DNA of 63,057 nt, counting the filler, from Licmophora abbreviata (lineage: Eukaryota), in assembly GCA_900291995.1 (NCBI GenBank). It is 11 parts of 11 records of this genome, joined end to end, with 100 filler letters (N's around TTAATTAATTAA, not from the genome) between each part and the next. Parts side by side here need not be neighbours in the genome. Positions count along the whole stretch, not along the records: positions 48,476 to 49,904 come from OLMU01004060.1; positions 50,005 to 59,797 come from OLMU01004061.1; positions 59,898 to 63,057 come from OLMU01004062.1; 8 more parts are not named here. One strand, written 5' to 3'. Both the position numbers and the translations under genes were made by a program. The notes beneath the pieces are model-generated. The model saw only the letters and a program-made list of their open reading frames with translations, did not search any database and was not told the DNA's origin. Below are positions 48,376-61,328 of this stretch, in pieces (the first letter of the stretch is position 1; each line of letters begins with the position of its first letter).

Positions 48376-48475
48376 NNNNNNNNNNNNNNNNNNNNNNNNN
48401 NNNNNNNNNNNNNNNNNNNTTAATTAATTAANNNNNNNNNNNNNNNNNNNNNNNNNNNNNNNNNNNNNNNNNNNN
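48376..48475. other. Assembly linker/gap
   Basis: N44-TTAATTAATTAA-N44. Confidence 0.98.
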
Positions 48476-48703
48476 ATCATAAATATATAAATACCAACAA
48501 ATTGCGCTCATTGGCGATGCGCTGGCAGCCATTCACAACCATAAAAACTCAAAGCGGCGATAGACCGGACTGACTGTGTCTCGACTGTTCGACAACCGAC
48601 ACGTCTAATACTTGAACACAGAGGAGGGGGTAAGGGTAGACTATCAAACATCAGTGTGGTGCAAAGCTTGTCGTGTAAAAAGTAACCGAACAATTGCATC
48701 GCC

Positions 48704-49642
48704 ATGTCAGTCTCGGGGGTACGCACTGCCTCGGTACAGCTCTCGCTAGCCCAGCTGGCAGTGGTGGGCCTTGGAACCTTTTGCATCGCCAATCCCGACA
48801 AGTTCGTCTCGGCGGTCCAGAAAAGCATTTTCTTGATGTCCGACACCAATCAGGGCCGGTTGCATCAACAGCAGTCTCCAATTATCATCCATCAGGGGTC
48901 GTCGGCTGGCTCATCCAAGTCTCTGTATGGTTTCGTGATTCAGCTTGCACTTGGGGCTAGCGTCTGCTGGGGCTCCTACGTTGTGCTGACGAACGCGCTG
49001 CCAGAGGCAGCCAAGGGCTTGCTGCCTGTGACCAATAATGTTTTCAACAGAGCTGTCACATCTCTAGGAAGCGCGGTGATCAATCTGAAGGATACGCTGA
49101 TGGAGCAGGTACTTGGATTGAGCCAGAAGCAGGACGAACTATCTGACAAACAGGAACAGACGCACGGTGATGTCCTGGAAGTCAAGAGCAATGTCGCTGA
49201 TCTCAAGGGTGATCTGGGACTTGTACAAGAGTCTCTGGATCTATGCCATGCCACTTTGTCCGAGTCGGAACGCAGAACATCGTATATTGCTAGGGGGGTT
49301 CAATTGCTGACTCGCAGTGTCAGTTCCGTCTTGTCAGAATCGGATAGTGGTCTCATGAATGAGCTCATTCGGTTTAGTACGGAAGGTCGACAATTTAACG
49401 ACACGGAACCATTAGATCAGCTTCAAGATGTCCTTACGACAATGCATACCAGAAGCCAAGACGAGGATGACAAGGCGAAACCTCGGGCCCTCACGTTCAA
49501 TAATAGGCCCAAAGCTGGGGCTGTCATCAGTCCTGAGAACGAGCACCCGCAAACCCCCTCAGACGTGGAACGGAGCGTTTTGGGGGTCCAGAACCTTTTG
49601 GAAAGCGTACGATGCTATAAAGCAGTGAGTCCAGTCTATTGA
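48704..49642 (+). CDS. DUF1664-like TM/coiled-coil protein
   Basis: Two hydrophobic segments, then PVTNNVFNRAVTSLG and a heptad coiled coil ending GVQLL. Confidence 0.6.
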   Translation: MSVSGVRTASVQLSLAQLAVVGLGTFCIANPDKFVSAVQKSIFLMSDTNQGRLHQQQSPIIIHQGSSAGSSKSLYGFVIQLALGASVCWGSYVVLTNALPEAAKGLLPVTNNVFNRAVTSLGSAVINLKDTLMEQVLGLSQKQDELSDKQEQTHGDVLEVKSNVADLKGDLGLVQESLDLCHATLSESERRTSYIARGVQLLTRSVSSVLSESDSGLMNELIRFSTEGRQFNDTEPLDQLQDVLTTMHTRSQDEDDKAKPRALTFNNRPKAGAVISPENEHPQTPSDVERSVLGVQNLLESVRCYKAVSPVY

Positions 49643-49904
49643 CGTGAGGTTTTTGAATGAGAAGCGGAACGTCCGGGGTGATACTGTATTTCGTTCTCGT
49701 GGTAGCTTGTGTGGTGTATTCGTCGCTGTGTCAATGGTCTTTGGAAATGAGCTTCGGCACTTGAAAATGCATTTAGAAAGCTCTGGGATATGATAAACTA
49801 TTAAAAAGAAATAAGTTGAAGTGCCGTGGGTCGAAACAAGAGACAAAGTCGTCTGGAGTGCGATCAAGGCCAAACGAAGTTCCCAGTTGCCGGCCCTGGC
49901 TGAG

Positions 49905-50004
49905 NNNNNNNNNNNNNNNNNNNNNNNNNNNNNNNNNNNNNNNNNNNNTTAATTAATTAANNNNNNNNNNNNNNNNNNNNNNNNNNNNNNNNNNNNNNNN
50001 NNNN
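49905..50004. other. Assembly linker/gap
   Basis: N44-TTAATTAATTAA-N44. Confidence 0.98.
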
Positions 50005-50263
50005 CGTTTTTGCTAGATGATAGATCGAAGCCATGACGTTATCTGGTCAGACAGTCTACAGTAACACAAGTGAAAGAAATTTCTAAACAAGTACGCCAGA
50101 GTATGTACCTTTTCCGTCTGAAACATGTTCGAACGAGCGATTTGACCTAAAAGTGATAATATCCTGTTGAAAACACAAAGGAACCAGTCGTAGAGTTTCC
50201 GGTGACAGTTGTATGCGACCAAGAGGCCCGTTCTCACCAAACGTAAAATGCGCATCGACTGCT

Positions 50264-52005
50264 CTAGTCCTTCTTCGGGAGATCAGCTTCCGTCACAAAC
50301 TCAACTCGAAGCTGCCGCTTATCGAACCATCGTCCTGCAAGATCGGAAGCACAAGATTTAGCTCCATCGATTGTTTCGAAGCTCGCAAACACCTTACCGC
50401 CTGGTTCCGAAGACATTACGACAACCGACGTGATTTTGCCGTATTTCGCACACTCATCTTCAAAGTCCAGACGAATTTCTTCACCCCAGCCTTCCTCTGT
50501 CTCTTCGTCCTTGTCGAACATGTTGTGCACGAGGACATGCTGTGTCGGAGAGTCGGCGTTTCCAATGGCTTTGGGGTCGTCAACTGCGGTAAGAGCAGCC
50601 GGTGGGGCGCTGGGGATAACGACTTGAGGTGTCACGGAGGCAATGGGGATCTCCGATGGTAGTCCAAGAGCTGCGTTGATTGCCGCTTCAGCTGCTGAGG
50701 CAATCTGGTCGCTTCCTACCGGTGTCACGGCCGCAACTGTCGCAGCAGCAGCCCCTGTCAAGCCTGAACCCGTCAATTGAGCAAGGACAAGGTGAGAATT
50801 CTGAATACGGGCTTGCGAATCGTCAGGGAATTCAAGCGAGGTCACGACTTCGACATTGGGCAGAGTAGCGGGCTGGTTCGCCCATCCAGTCTTGATGGCC
50901 TTTCCTGCAAGCAGCTGTCCAGCCATAGTTTGAATGGCCAGGTTGGCATCCTTGGGATCTCTGTAGGACAAGAAGGCAAAACCTTTTGAGACGCCAGCTG
51001 TGGGGTCCATCTGCAGATTGACCTTTTCAAGCAGACCAAACGGCGAAAACAGAGTGAACAGCTGTTCTTGCGTCACGCGTGGGTCGAGGTTCCCGAGATA
51101 CACCTTTTGCGATTCCTGTAGCTTTCCATTCGGTCCCATGACAGGTCCGGTCGGTCCTTTGACCCCCATCTGAGACGCTGTGACTGTCGCACTCGACGCC
51201 GAAATCACGTAGTTTTTCTCCGCTTCCGATGGCTTGACCAGAATCGGGAATCGCTGGAAGTCGGGTGGCTCATTGTTGACAGCGACAGCCTTCGGGACAT
51301 CCTCCAAACGGCCAAGCTCCACATAGGCAATCCCCTTGTGACGGCCCGTGCGCTTGTCACGCAGCATAATGACTTCGTTTACCTTGCACCCCACCTGGCG
51401 GCGAAAGTAGCGCCGGACATCGCGCTCGTCGGCGCGCATCACGAGCTGAGACACAAAAATTGTGCGTTGATCCTTGGTCAGGGAGGCACCCTCCTTGTCG
51501 GCGTCGCCACCGCTACCACGCGAACTTACGCTGGAAGCGTCCGAGTCACTAGAATGACTGCTGTAGCTACGAGAGCGAGAGCGGCTGTAGCTACTGCGTG
51601 AGCTGCGACTACGAGAGCGGCTTCCGGACGACTGCGTGAGCGCTGAATATCGTCGTCGCTCGAGCTGTCGTACGACCGAGGACTGTACGATCTGCGACGG
51701 CGATCCGACGATCCCCGCATCGGCGGGCCACGACCGTAGGGCGCGGGCGCTGGTCCTCGCATGGGTGGCGGCGGGCCGCGGAAGTGATGCGGACGAGGAG
51801 GGGCTCGACCGTGGGGCGGTGGCCCTCGGCCATGGCCACGTCGATGGATATCGTCGTCGCGGGGGCGCCGATCACGCTTGGATTCCTTCGATTCCTGGCC
51901 ACGACGCTCCTTCTTGTTCATGAGACGACCGCGAAGGCGTTGCTCTTCTGTCTCGGGTTGCTCGTTGTTTCCTTCTGCCATGTTGCTAGAATCGTCTCCG
52001 TTCAT
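50264..52005 (-). CDS. RBM39: Splicing factor RBM39/CAPER-like (RS region, 2 RRM, UHM); 1-nt frameshift near 51628
   Basis: KDQRTIFVSQL, KGIAYVE, KPSEAEKN, KGFAF, and UHM NMFD..DECAKYG..GRWFDKR; RS repeats upstream. Confidence 0.88.
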
Positions 52006-52528
52006 TCGTACACGACTCGTACAATCTTACGTGGACAACAACACCGAAAATGATTTCGAAAATTCCTAGGTTTCTCTTCCCACCAAGCCTTGCGAAGCCT
52101 TTGCGAGGACTATTGACCTTGCTTAACAGAGGATACGAGCAGAGAGAGGCTGAACTGATGCCAAACAGCGACGCTGTGTGTCTCAGGTACACGCTTCTTC
52201 AGTTTGTGAGCCATTCCGAATGTGTCCTTTCGTAGAATTTGGTAGAAAGTCTACGTAAAATGAGTTGGGTTCTGGGTACCATCGCACTTTTCTTGTTTGG
52301 CGCGAACTTCCGACAGCCACCGAAAATTTCAAATTCAGGTCTCCACCACATTGCAAATTCAGGTCGTCAAGACGGTTTTGTTTTGTGTTGCTGCATTGCT
52401 GTACCCCCCGGTGCATCTGGGTCAATACGACCTTTCTTGATACCCCATTGCACACATCGACGGCTTCGTACAGTCAGAAATCTCGAAAGTTCCGGATAAA
52501 AGTCGAGGTAGCTTGTTCAGTAGCTGTC

Positions 52529-55500
52529 ATGGTCCGCAAGAAGCTCGATGAACGCGTCCGTCTGTTGATTGAGCGAGGCGTCGTCACTGGCCAGCGTTCC
52601 TTGCTTGTACTGGTCGGTGATCACGGCAAGGATCAAGTACCAAATCTCCATCATCTCATGACTCGTACGTCGATTCGTGCTCGTCCGAAAGTACTCTGGT
52701 GCTACAAGAAAGAGCTGGGCTTTTCGACGCATCGCAAAAAGCGCATGAAGAAGATCAAGCGGGACAAGGCACGGGGATTGGCCAAAAATCAGCAGACAGA
52801 TCCGACGATGGATAACTTTGAACTGTTCTTGTCATCAACCGACATCAACTGGTGCTACTACAAGGACTCGCACCGTGTCTTGGGAACGACTGTCGGCATG
52901 CTGGTACTCCAAGATTTCGAAGCTTTGACTCCGAATCTCATGGCGAGAACAATCGAAACAGTCGAAGGAGGTGGATTGGTTGTTGTCCTCTTACGTACCG
53001 TCCAGAGTTTGAGGCAGTTATATGCTATGACGATGGATGTTCATGCCAGGTATCGTACCGAGGCCTCTGCCGATATCGTGCCGCGATTCAACGAACGGTT
53101 TATCTTGAGTCTGGGCAAATGCAGCAACTGTCTTGTGTGCGATGACGAACTGAACGTGTTGCCTCTTTCAAAGTCGGCCTTGAAGCGGCTGTCTGATCCC
53201 TCCATTGTTGAGAAAGGTGAGGGCGGTGAAGTGCTGACCCGAACGACTCCAGAAGAGCGTGAGCTCGAGGAACTCAAGGACTCGCTCAAGGACACTCCTC
53301 ATGTTGGTGTTTTGGTAGACTTGGCCAGAACGCTCGATCAGGCCAAAGCGCTGCTGATCTTTCTCGAGGCCTGCTCGGAACATACGTCCAAGAGTACGGT
53401 GGCTATGACGGCAGCGCGTGGAAGAGGCAAGTCAGCTGCAATGGGCCTCTGCTTAGCAGGGGCAATCTCCTTTGGGTACTCAACCATTTGCGTCACAGCC
53501 CCTGAGCCAGAGAATCTTGTGGCCGTCTTTGACTTTTGCTGTCGGGGACTGGCTGCGCTCAAGTATCAGGAACATCTAGACTATTCGCTGACTTACAATA
53601 CCGCAAGCGGTAGAGAAGCGACGAAGTGTACTACGTCCGTGCATGTTCATCGCAGCCACCGGCAAGTCATTCAGTATGTTCGACCTAGTGAAACTGACAA
53701 GTTCGCATCGTCGGAGCTGGTGGCGATTGATGAAGCGGCGGCAATTCCTCTGCCTATAGTGCGTGCCTTGATGTCTCAGTCTGATCGTTTGACATTTCTG
53801 AGCTCCACCATCAATGGCTACGAGGGAACGGGACGTGCGCTGAGTTTGAAGCTCATTAAGGAGCTAAGAGAGCGACAAGGAGGACGCCATGCCGGACTTG
53901 AAGCTGCCATTGCGGCAGCCGATTCCATTGCTGGTCCGAAATCGAAGAAAGGAGAAGCTAAGGTGCACGAGCAGAGGTGGGCGGCCGCGGCAGCCGCAGC
54001 AGCAGATCCTGGTGGCAGCGAATCGGGGCCACTTCGTGAGATTGAGCTGAACATGCCCATTAGATACTCGCTCGGTGATCCCGTGGAGTCGTGGCTCAAC
54101 AAGCTCCTCTGTCTTGATTGGTGAGTCTGAAAAATCTTTGTTGTTGCGATGGTCCAAAATCACCATGTCACTCATTCTATCTGTTTTCGCGTTTTCTAGT
54201 GTGTCTAGCGTTAGTATGAAACTGGCCGGTAGTGCCCCTGCGCCGGGAGACTGTGAACTGTACAGTGTGAACCGCGATGCTCTTTTTTCGTATCACAAAC
54301 TATCAGAAGCCTTCCTGCAGAAGCTCATGGGGCTGTATACAAGTGCTCACTATAAGAACTCACCAAATGACTTACAGATGCTCTCCGATGCACCGGCTCA
54401 TGCCGTTTTTGTACTGCTCTCCCCGTCCGCCGAGCAAGATGATGACTCTCTCCCTGACGTCTTGGCAGTTGTCCAGGTGGCACTTGAGGGGAGGATCTCG
54501 CGGAAAGCTGTTGAAGCGCAACTCGCACGGGGGCACCGTGCTGCGGGAGACCTCATTCCTTGGACGATCGCTCAGCAGTTTGGAGATTCAAAGTTTGCCA
54601 ACCTAAGCGGAGCTCGAATCGTTCGGATTGCTGTACATCCTTCAGTACAAGGGATGGGATATGGCTCTCGTGCGATCGAATTGCTGTATCGATTCTACAA
54701 CGGAGACATGATCTCGTTAAATGCTACAGAAGACGACTCTGAGGAGGAAGGAAACGAGACAGAAGAACAAAGTGTTCGATCTGATGTTGACAACACACCG
54801 AGTACAAGCCGAACGGATGGAATTCGTGGAGAAAAGCTTTCTCCCAGAAAGGAGCTGCCGCCTCTTTTACTCCCGTTGACCGAAGTCGATGCACCTCGAC
54901 TTGACTGGCTAGGAACGTCTTTCGGCCTCACTCAGCAGCTTCACAAGTTCTGGAGCCGCGCTGGCATGCACACTCTCTACCTCCGGCAGACCACGAATGA
55001 ACTCACTGGGGAGCATTCGGCCATAATGGCACGTGCGCTCCCAAAGAGAAGCGGGGTGGACGACACTTGGCTTTCGGCATTTGTAAGCGATACGAAACGC
55101 CGTTTGCTGGCTTTGATGGGAGGGCCGTTTCGAAATTTGGATGTAAGGTTGGCAATCTCACTTCTCGATAATCTGGATGCTGTTGCCGTGTCAAGCGACG
55201 GAAGGGACAAGCGTTCTGGGACGCCTGACGGGAATCTCGGTACTACTGAGCTCTCATACTTTCTAACGCAGCACGACTTGAAGAGGCTCGAGCTTTACGG
55301 TCGAAATCTATGCGATCATCACCTAGTGACAGACCTTTTTCCGAGCGTCGCGCGTCTCTACTTTACCGGTCGATTAGGGGAGGGAGTTAAGTTATCCAGT
55401 GTCCAGGCTGCTCTTCTATGCGGCGTTGGTGTCCTGAACAAAACGATTGACGCCCTCACTAAGGAACTCAGTCTTCCTTCTAACCAAGTGCTTGCCATGT

Positions 55501-56039
55501 TTAACAAAGCCATCCGAAAACTTTCGATTGCTCTCCATGTCATCTTGGAGGGACATGAAACGAGCTCGGAAGTCGGAACCAAAAAGCGACTTGAGGCACA
55601 GGAAGGTTCTAGGAGGATGCGAGATGTTGCTGAGAAAACCCTGGAGGAGGACATTGAGGCCGCTGCCAGAGATGTCATGCCGAAGCTTTCAGGGAACGAG
55701 TAAGTTCGGGAACTTTTCTTGACGTGTAATTTGTGTGGATTCAGTGCCAACACATCTGTCCGGCTTCGCAATTATAGGCACAATCTCCCTCTGGAGATTT
55801 CAAATGATGGCGAGATCATGCAGTACTCAGTCAAGGGCTCTGAAGACCAATGGAAACAGGCGCTCGAGGGGAAAGATATCTCGGGCTCCGGTACAGTGCA
55901 GATTCACAACATCCAGGCTCCTCAAAAGCGCAAGCTCTTGGATCTGGACATAGAGAAGGAGGCCGAAATGCATACGCCGAAGCTGAGTTCTTCAAAGAAA
56001 GGAAAGAAGCGGAAATCGTCGTCGAAGAAGAAGCGTTAG
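52529..56039 (+). CDS. NAT10: RNA cytidine acetyltransferase NAT10/Kre33; introns 54121-54199 and 55700-55777
   Basis: MVRKKLDER, VLWCYKKELGFS, LQDFEALTPN, AARGRGKSAA, IDEAAAIP, STINGYEGTGR, SAHYKNSPNDLQ, RIVRIAVHP..QGMGYG. Confidence 0.95.
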
Positions 56040-56387
56040 AAGTAACCAAGTTGCCTATCTTTCCGTCCATCCGATTCGATGGAGTAGTACATGAACCAAC
56101 TATGATCGTGAGGATCAATTCACTTCTCGTCCCCATGTCCGTACTTCAAAAAGAAGTGTTTTGTATCTCGCCACACTCGGTTTACAGTTGCGTGGTATTG
56201 CAGTTGCCCTACTTCTTCAGTACCTGGCATGTACTATTATATTCCTGACCTTCACACAGGCCACGTGTCGTGGTCTTCCGCTAGGTCTGCTTACACTGCA
56301 GGACCTGCGTCGGCGTCTACATTATCGGGAAGCAAATTGCTTCTTGCTTACAACGTCCAAGTCGTGACCACTGTCTACCTATTGTGA

Positions 56388-59258
56388 CTAGACGTCTTTA
56401 TCAGGGATACACCACTGATGCTTGCGGAGAGCAATCCACTCCGCGTCTCCGTCGTGTTACGTGAGGAATACGTTCGTTCCATGTCGCCGTATTCGACTCA
56501 CGGTTGCAATATAGTTCGCATCCTCTTCATCACAGTACACAGAAACCCTTAAACCAATCTTCAGATGAGCGACATCGGGCTTGTCTGGAAGGTTGGAATC
56601 GTCACCACTAGGGCTCTGGTAGCTGTGGAATCATCTTCGTGGTCAGAATCATCTTCAGAATGGAAGCTCTCCTCGTTCGCCTCTTTCTCGTTGGTACTAT
56701 CTTCGGGAATGAACCACCGGTGTCTGCGGAGATCAATCCATTCCTCCTCTCCATCGTCGTACTTAAGGAATACATACTTTCCATTTCGCCGTATTCGACT
56801 CACGGTTGCACAATAGTTGGTGTCCTCCTCTTTCCAGTATACAGAAACCTTTATACCAACCCTCAAGCGGGCAAGTTCTGGGTCCTCAGCACAGAAAATC
56901 ACCTCGGACTCCTCGTCGCAGTGCAACGCCGCCTCGACAGCGGCATCCAGATCTGCGTCGCCGCGTTTGAATATTTCAACGTCGTTGTCTTCGTATAGAA
57001 CTTTGTAGACACCTTTGTTTCTGGCAGTGATAATTCCACGAAACCAACCGTGTCCGTGAAAGAATTTTTTGACTTTCGTGCCCACGGGGTGCTTGGCAAT
57101 CTCGCGGTTGCAGTCACTGCGACGAGATAGCCCGGGCGCAACTGTTCCGTCGTTAAACGACTCATTCATGTCGGAGCGTTTGACGCGCTTTAGGTCTCGC
57201 ATAGTCTCGCCTTGGTGTTTCCTCTTTACAGCAATAGAACGTTTCTCCTCCTTGGCGTCTCTCATCGATGCACCTGCGTCGTTGTCTTCACGTCTCACCA
57301 ACTCTCTCGCTCTCTGTCGAACCAGGGCGTTTATTGATTTGTCGAATTTGTTGACTTGATATTCCTCACGCAGCGAGCCAGGCACGTCCTCGGTCGTGAC
57401 ATCGTGTGAATCGAGCATCCGCGAAAATAGTCTGTCGGTGCTGGCTAATAGTATGCCATCACGGTCTTGCTCGAAACCGAGGGGTGGCGCGGAGGTGGCG
57501 TGTCGGGTTTCATCAGTGGCCGCCTCATCGTCCGAATCATCGAGCGCATCTTCCGAATCGTGGCGTACGACGAGAATCTTTTCAAGCTCTGATTCACTAC
57601 AGTCTTCTTCGTCCCCATCCTCGTACCGGATGTGGTAGTAGTCCTCGCCGTAGGAGACCACCTCACCAGAGAATAAGCCATGTCCGTTGAAATACTGATT
57701 CAACAATGAACTATTGCGTGAGACATTCGGTGTAAAGATCTTGAGATCAGTGATAAGATTATTGGACGGGTACTCACTTTCAGAACCCTTGTTCCGACGG
57801 CATACTGTACATGGGACCCTCCAGCGGATTTGACGCTGCATCGTGTTTGGAATGCAGATCGGATGGAGCATCTGACTTCAAGTCGAAGTTTGCGTTGCGA
57901 TTTGCTTTTGCCTCCTCGTCTGCCTTTGAAGCTCTCCATTTGGAAGCCTCTCTGGCATCCCAAGAGAACTGGATCGAGTTTAGTTTCGCTTCGCGCCTCG
58001 GATCGAGACATCCATCACGTCGAGCAATGCGATGGATCGAGACCAACGTACCGAGTTCCTTGTCTTTCTGGAAAGAGTGTGGTACCCGAGAGTGTCCGTG
58101 CTTTTTCTTGAATTGCAACAGACGATCAAAGACAGCGTCCCAACGTCGCTGGTTGATACTGTGTTCGGCGTCACCGGGGTCGATCCTCCAAACGAAGCTG
58201 ACCTCTTCTAAAAGCTTCCTCCGGTCGTCCGGTAGGATCCCCTTGGAATAATCGACACGCTGCTTTCGCACCCAGCGGCCTAAATGATCTTGTATACCGT
58301 CCTTGAGGGAGTTTTTCATCATCGAATGGCCGTGTTCCTCGTAAAATTCAAGGAGCTCTTGATACCTGTCGTGAAACTGGTCATCGAGTTTCGTTACATC
58401 GCGATCTTTACTCCACAGGTAGCGCTTGTCTTTCGTCCACACAAAGCCACTCTTGTCCAATTTCTCGCGAAGATCCCTGCGCAGTATCTTTCGCTTATAC
58501 AACATTCGCTGATTGCCTACCCAGCTACCGAGCTCAGGGTCGTCCTCGTAGTGCAGCGGGACTAGGCAGTCTCCGTGCTCCTTCTTGTATGCCTTGAGTC
58601 TCTTGTATTTTTCGTTCCATTTCTGCTCGAAGAAATCCCCTGTCGCTCCCATCGAAATCCCAGTTTTCCAAAAGACGTGCTTTGTTGGGGGATAGGTTGT
58701 CGCGCCCACCCGATCTGTTCGACCGCTGCCTTGACACCCAACATCCGAGTTTTCTGGAGAAGGGATCCCGCTGGGGGACGTCGGAGTGGCCACAAAGTCG
58801 ATGGTAGAAGTTCAGCTCCTCGTACCACTCATGCAACCACGTTGGCATCTTCGTCGCGAGTTCTTTCCAAGTACGACGATCGTGTGGTGAAAAGGAAGAC
58901 AGGAACTTGCGCTGCTTCTCTTTGTACGTGTAGTCTTGGACACACGAGAAAAGGTGAAGGTGAAAAACATCAGCATCGCGCGAAGTGTGACTGTGACTCG
59001 TGACTCACCCAATCGGCTGAGTTGACTCGCTCGACTAAATTCTGAATGTTGATGCGGACTGCATACTACCCAGCGTCTGTACCTCCACTTCATTGTCATT
59101 GAGAGCTCAGAGCTCGTGTATGGAAAAGGGAAAAGTACGTAAGAATCAAATTTGACAGACAGACTGCCCGATCTCTGGTGAAGACGAACGCGGGGGATGT
59201 CAGAAGTAGGCGGCGCACCAAGCAAGAAACACAACGAACACACAGCCGTCACTTCCAT
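56388..59258 (-). pseudogene. Helicase-associated (HA) repeat x4 + Tudor-like repeat x4 protein, broken by at least 4 frameshifts and one stop (pseudogene or poorly polished sequence); intron 57695-57777; 5' end uncertain
   Basis: HA repeats GHSDVP..LGCWVSRQR, GDCLVP..LGSWVGNQR, LGRWVRKQR and GHSRVP. Tudor-like VGTRVLK|YFNGHG..YHIRYEDGDEED and VGTKVKKFFHGHGW, plus two copies of G.KVSVYW..FLKYDDG..EWIDL. Confidence 0.65.
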
Positions 59259-59355
59259 TGAACTTGTGTCTCTTCTCGAACTTCTCTTCTTGCGTTCGTA
59301 GACTAAAGGGATAGACTATCGTCTTCTTTTCATTTCTCAAATTAACCTAGGAAAG

Positions 59356-61028
59356 ATGGTATGTGAATCCTGGTGGTTTCGGATGAGCTCAGAAGTGATG
59401 CAAATGAGCAACTTCTTGCTGGTCTGAATCGAATCAAATCGAATCGTGACTTTTTGACTCCACAGTGCTCTCATCTTCGATCATTTTTCCTGCGCGCTCC
59501 AGGGTGCCCTTCAATCTGTCATGTCGGCTGTCTATCTCGGCCTGGGATACTGTTGCATGAATGCGGCTGGGTCGCTTTGCAATAGCTGTCTTGGAACCAC
59601 GGCTGCCGGTACCACCGGGCGCAAGCGTTCTGTCTTGCTCCTCAGTATGGCGATTGCTTTTGCTCTGTGGTTTCAGTATCAAGTCGGGCCTTCGATCGTT
59701 CAAGAGTCGGGATGGGTCTGGAAGACGTATAGAGCCATTCCCGGAATGGGGAAAATGGTCTTCAAGGCTTGGAAAGATGACACCTGCGACCGCTTTGNNN
59801 NNNNNNNNNNNNNNNNNNNNNNNNNNNNNNNNNNNNNNNNNTTAATTAATTAANNNNNNNNNNNNNNNNNNNNNNNNNNNNNNNNNNNNNNNNNNNNGCC
59901 ACTCTCTTCTTCCTCGTGAGTGCGGGGGCTACCAAAATGGTGCCCACTATGAACCGCGAAGCATGGCTGGCCAAGTATGTATGCTTTCTGTTTGGCGTGG
60001 GGTTCACCATGATCATTCCAAATAGCCCAGTCTTCACCGGAGTCTTTCTGTGGCTCGCTCGATTTGGAGCCGCGATCTTTGTCGTTCTTCAGCAAATCAT
60101 CTTGATTGACATGGCCTATAACTGGAATGAAGATTGGGTGGAAAAGGCCAATGAATCCGACCGACTCTCATATGGGAACGGACAGAAGTGGCTTCGGGCC
60201 ATTGTGGGCACGTGTGTCGCCCTCTACTCTCTCTCCCTGATTGGCATTTCGCTTCTCTACCAGTTCTTCAGCGGATGTCCCGAGAATAACGCAGTCATTA
60301 CACTATCGTTAATTGGAGTCTTGGCCATGACTGGGATTCAGCTATCGGGCCATGAAGGCAGTCTTTTGACCTCCGCAGTGATGAGTCTCTATGTGACCTA
60401 CTTGGCCTTTTCCATTGTTTCTAAGAATCCCAATGCGACGTGCAACCCTCATCTTGGACACAATGATGCTTGGGGTATCGTCATTGGTATGACGTTGACT
60501 GCCTTGAGTCTCGCTTGGACAGGCTGGAGCTGGTCTGCAGAACAGCGTCTCAATATCGACAGGTGAGTCACCTTCGATGAGGTACTTGGTTGCTGTAGTC
60601 TGTAGCTGGCGGGGAGGATGACTCACCCTTGATTTGTTTCTTTTCTTAACAGTGCACAAGCTCCTCGATCCATGTCTCCACCATCGTCGACCCCTGACCC
60701 TGATAGCATCAACTTGGACGTTCCATTCCTGGATCCCGAAGAGCAGCCACCGTCGGGTCTAGTCATGGAACCTTCCGCGACCGTCCGTAACGGAACGCAC
60801 CTCTGGAAGCTGAACGTAGTATTGGCACTCATTTCTTGCTGGGCCGCCATGATACTCACGGGATGGGGAACTATTGAGGGCATGGACGAGGGTCAGAAAG
60901 CTGCCAATCCTACTGTGGGTCGCGTCAATATGGCCTTGATCGGTATCTCCCAGTGGCTCGCCATTGGGTTGTACTGCTGGACTCTCTTGGCCCCTCGGCT
61001 CCTTCCCAATCGTGACTTTTCTTACTAG
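59356..61028 (+). CDS. SERINC: Serine incorporator (SERINC/TMS) family membrane protein; ATG-only first exon, introns 59359-59502 and 60563-60652; spans the gap
   Basis: MGALQS..CCMNAAGSLCNSC; GAAIFVVLQQIILIDMAYNWNEDW; GSLLTSAVMSLYVTYLAFS; AAMILTGW; LYCWTLLAPRLLPNRDFS. Confidence 0.92.
59798..59897. other. Assembly linker/gap
   Basis: N44-TTAATTAATTAA-N44. Confidence 0.98.
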
Positions 61029-61328
61029 AGGGAAGCGTCCAAACATGGTGGAGGAAGTGCCTTTGTATATTCTAAGAGTAATCTACATGACAAAGTATTA
61101 CACGCATTGTCACGATCGAGTGTTCGTCATGTGTAGCTTCCGCGCGCATCATCATCGAGACAAGATGCGAGCTCTCATCACAGTAATCGCGTAGAGCTCG
61201 AGGCCTGGGGTGAAGTTTGGAAGAAAGCGCGCTGACGATGACGTTCGTCTCCCTGAGTGGCCACCAAACTCTGTTTCCAGAGCGGCTTACAGCGCCCTGT
61301 TTTGGTTCCATCACAGTGGTAAAGGGCC

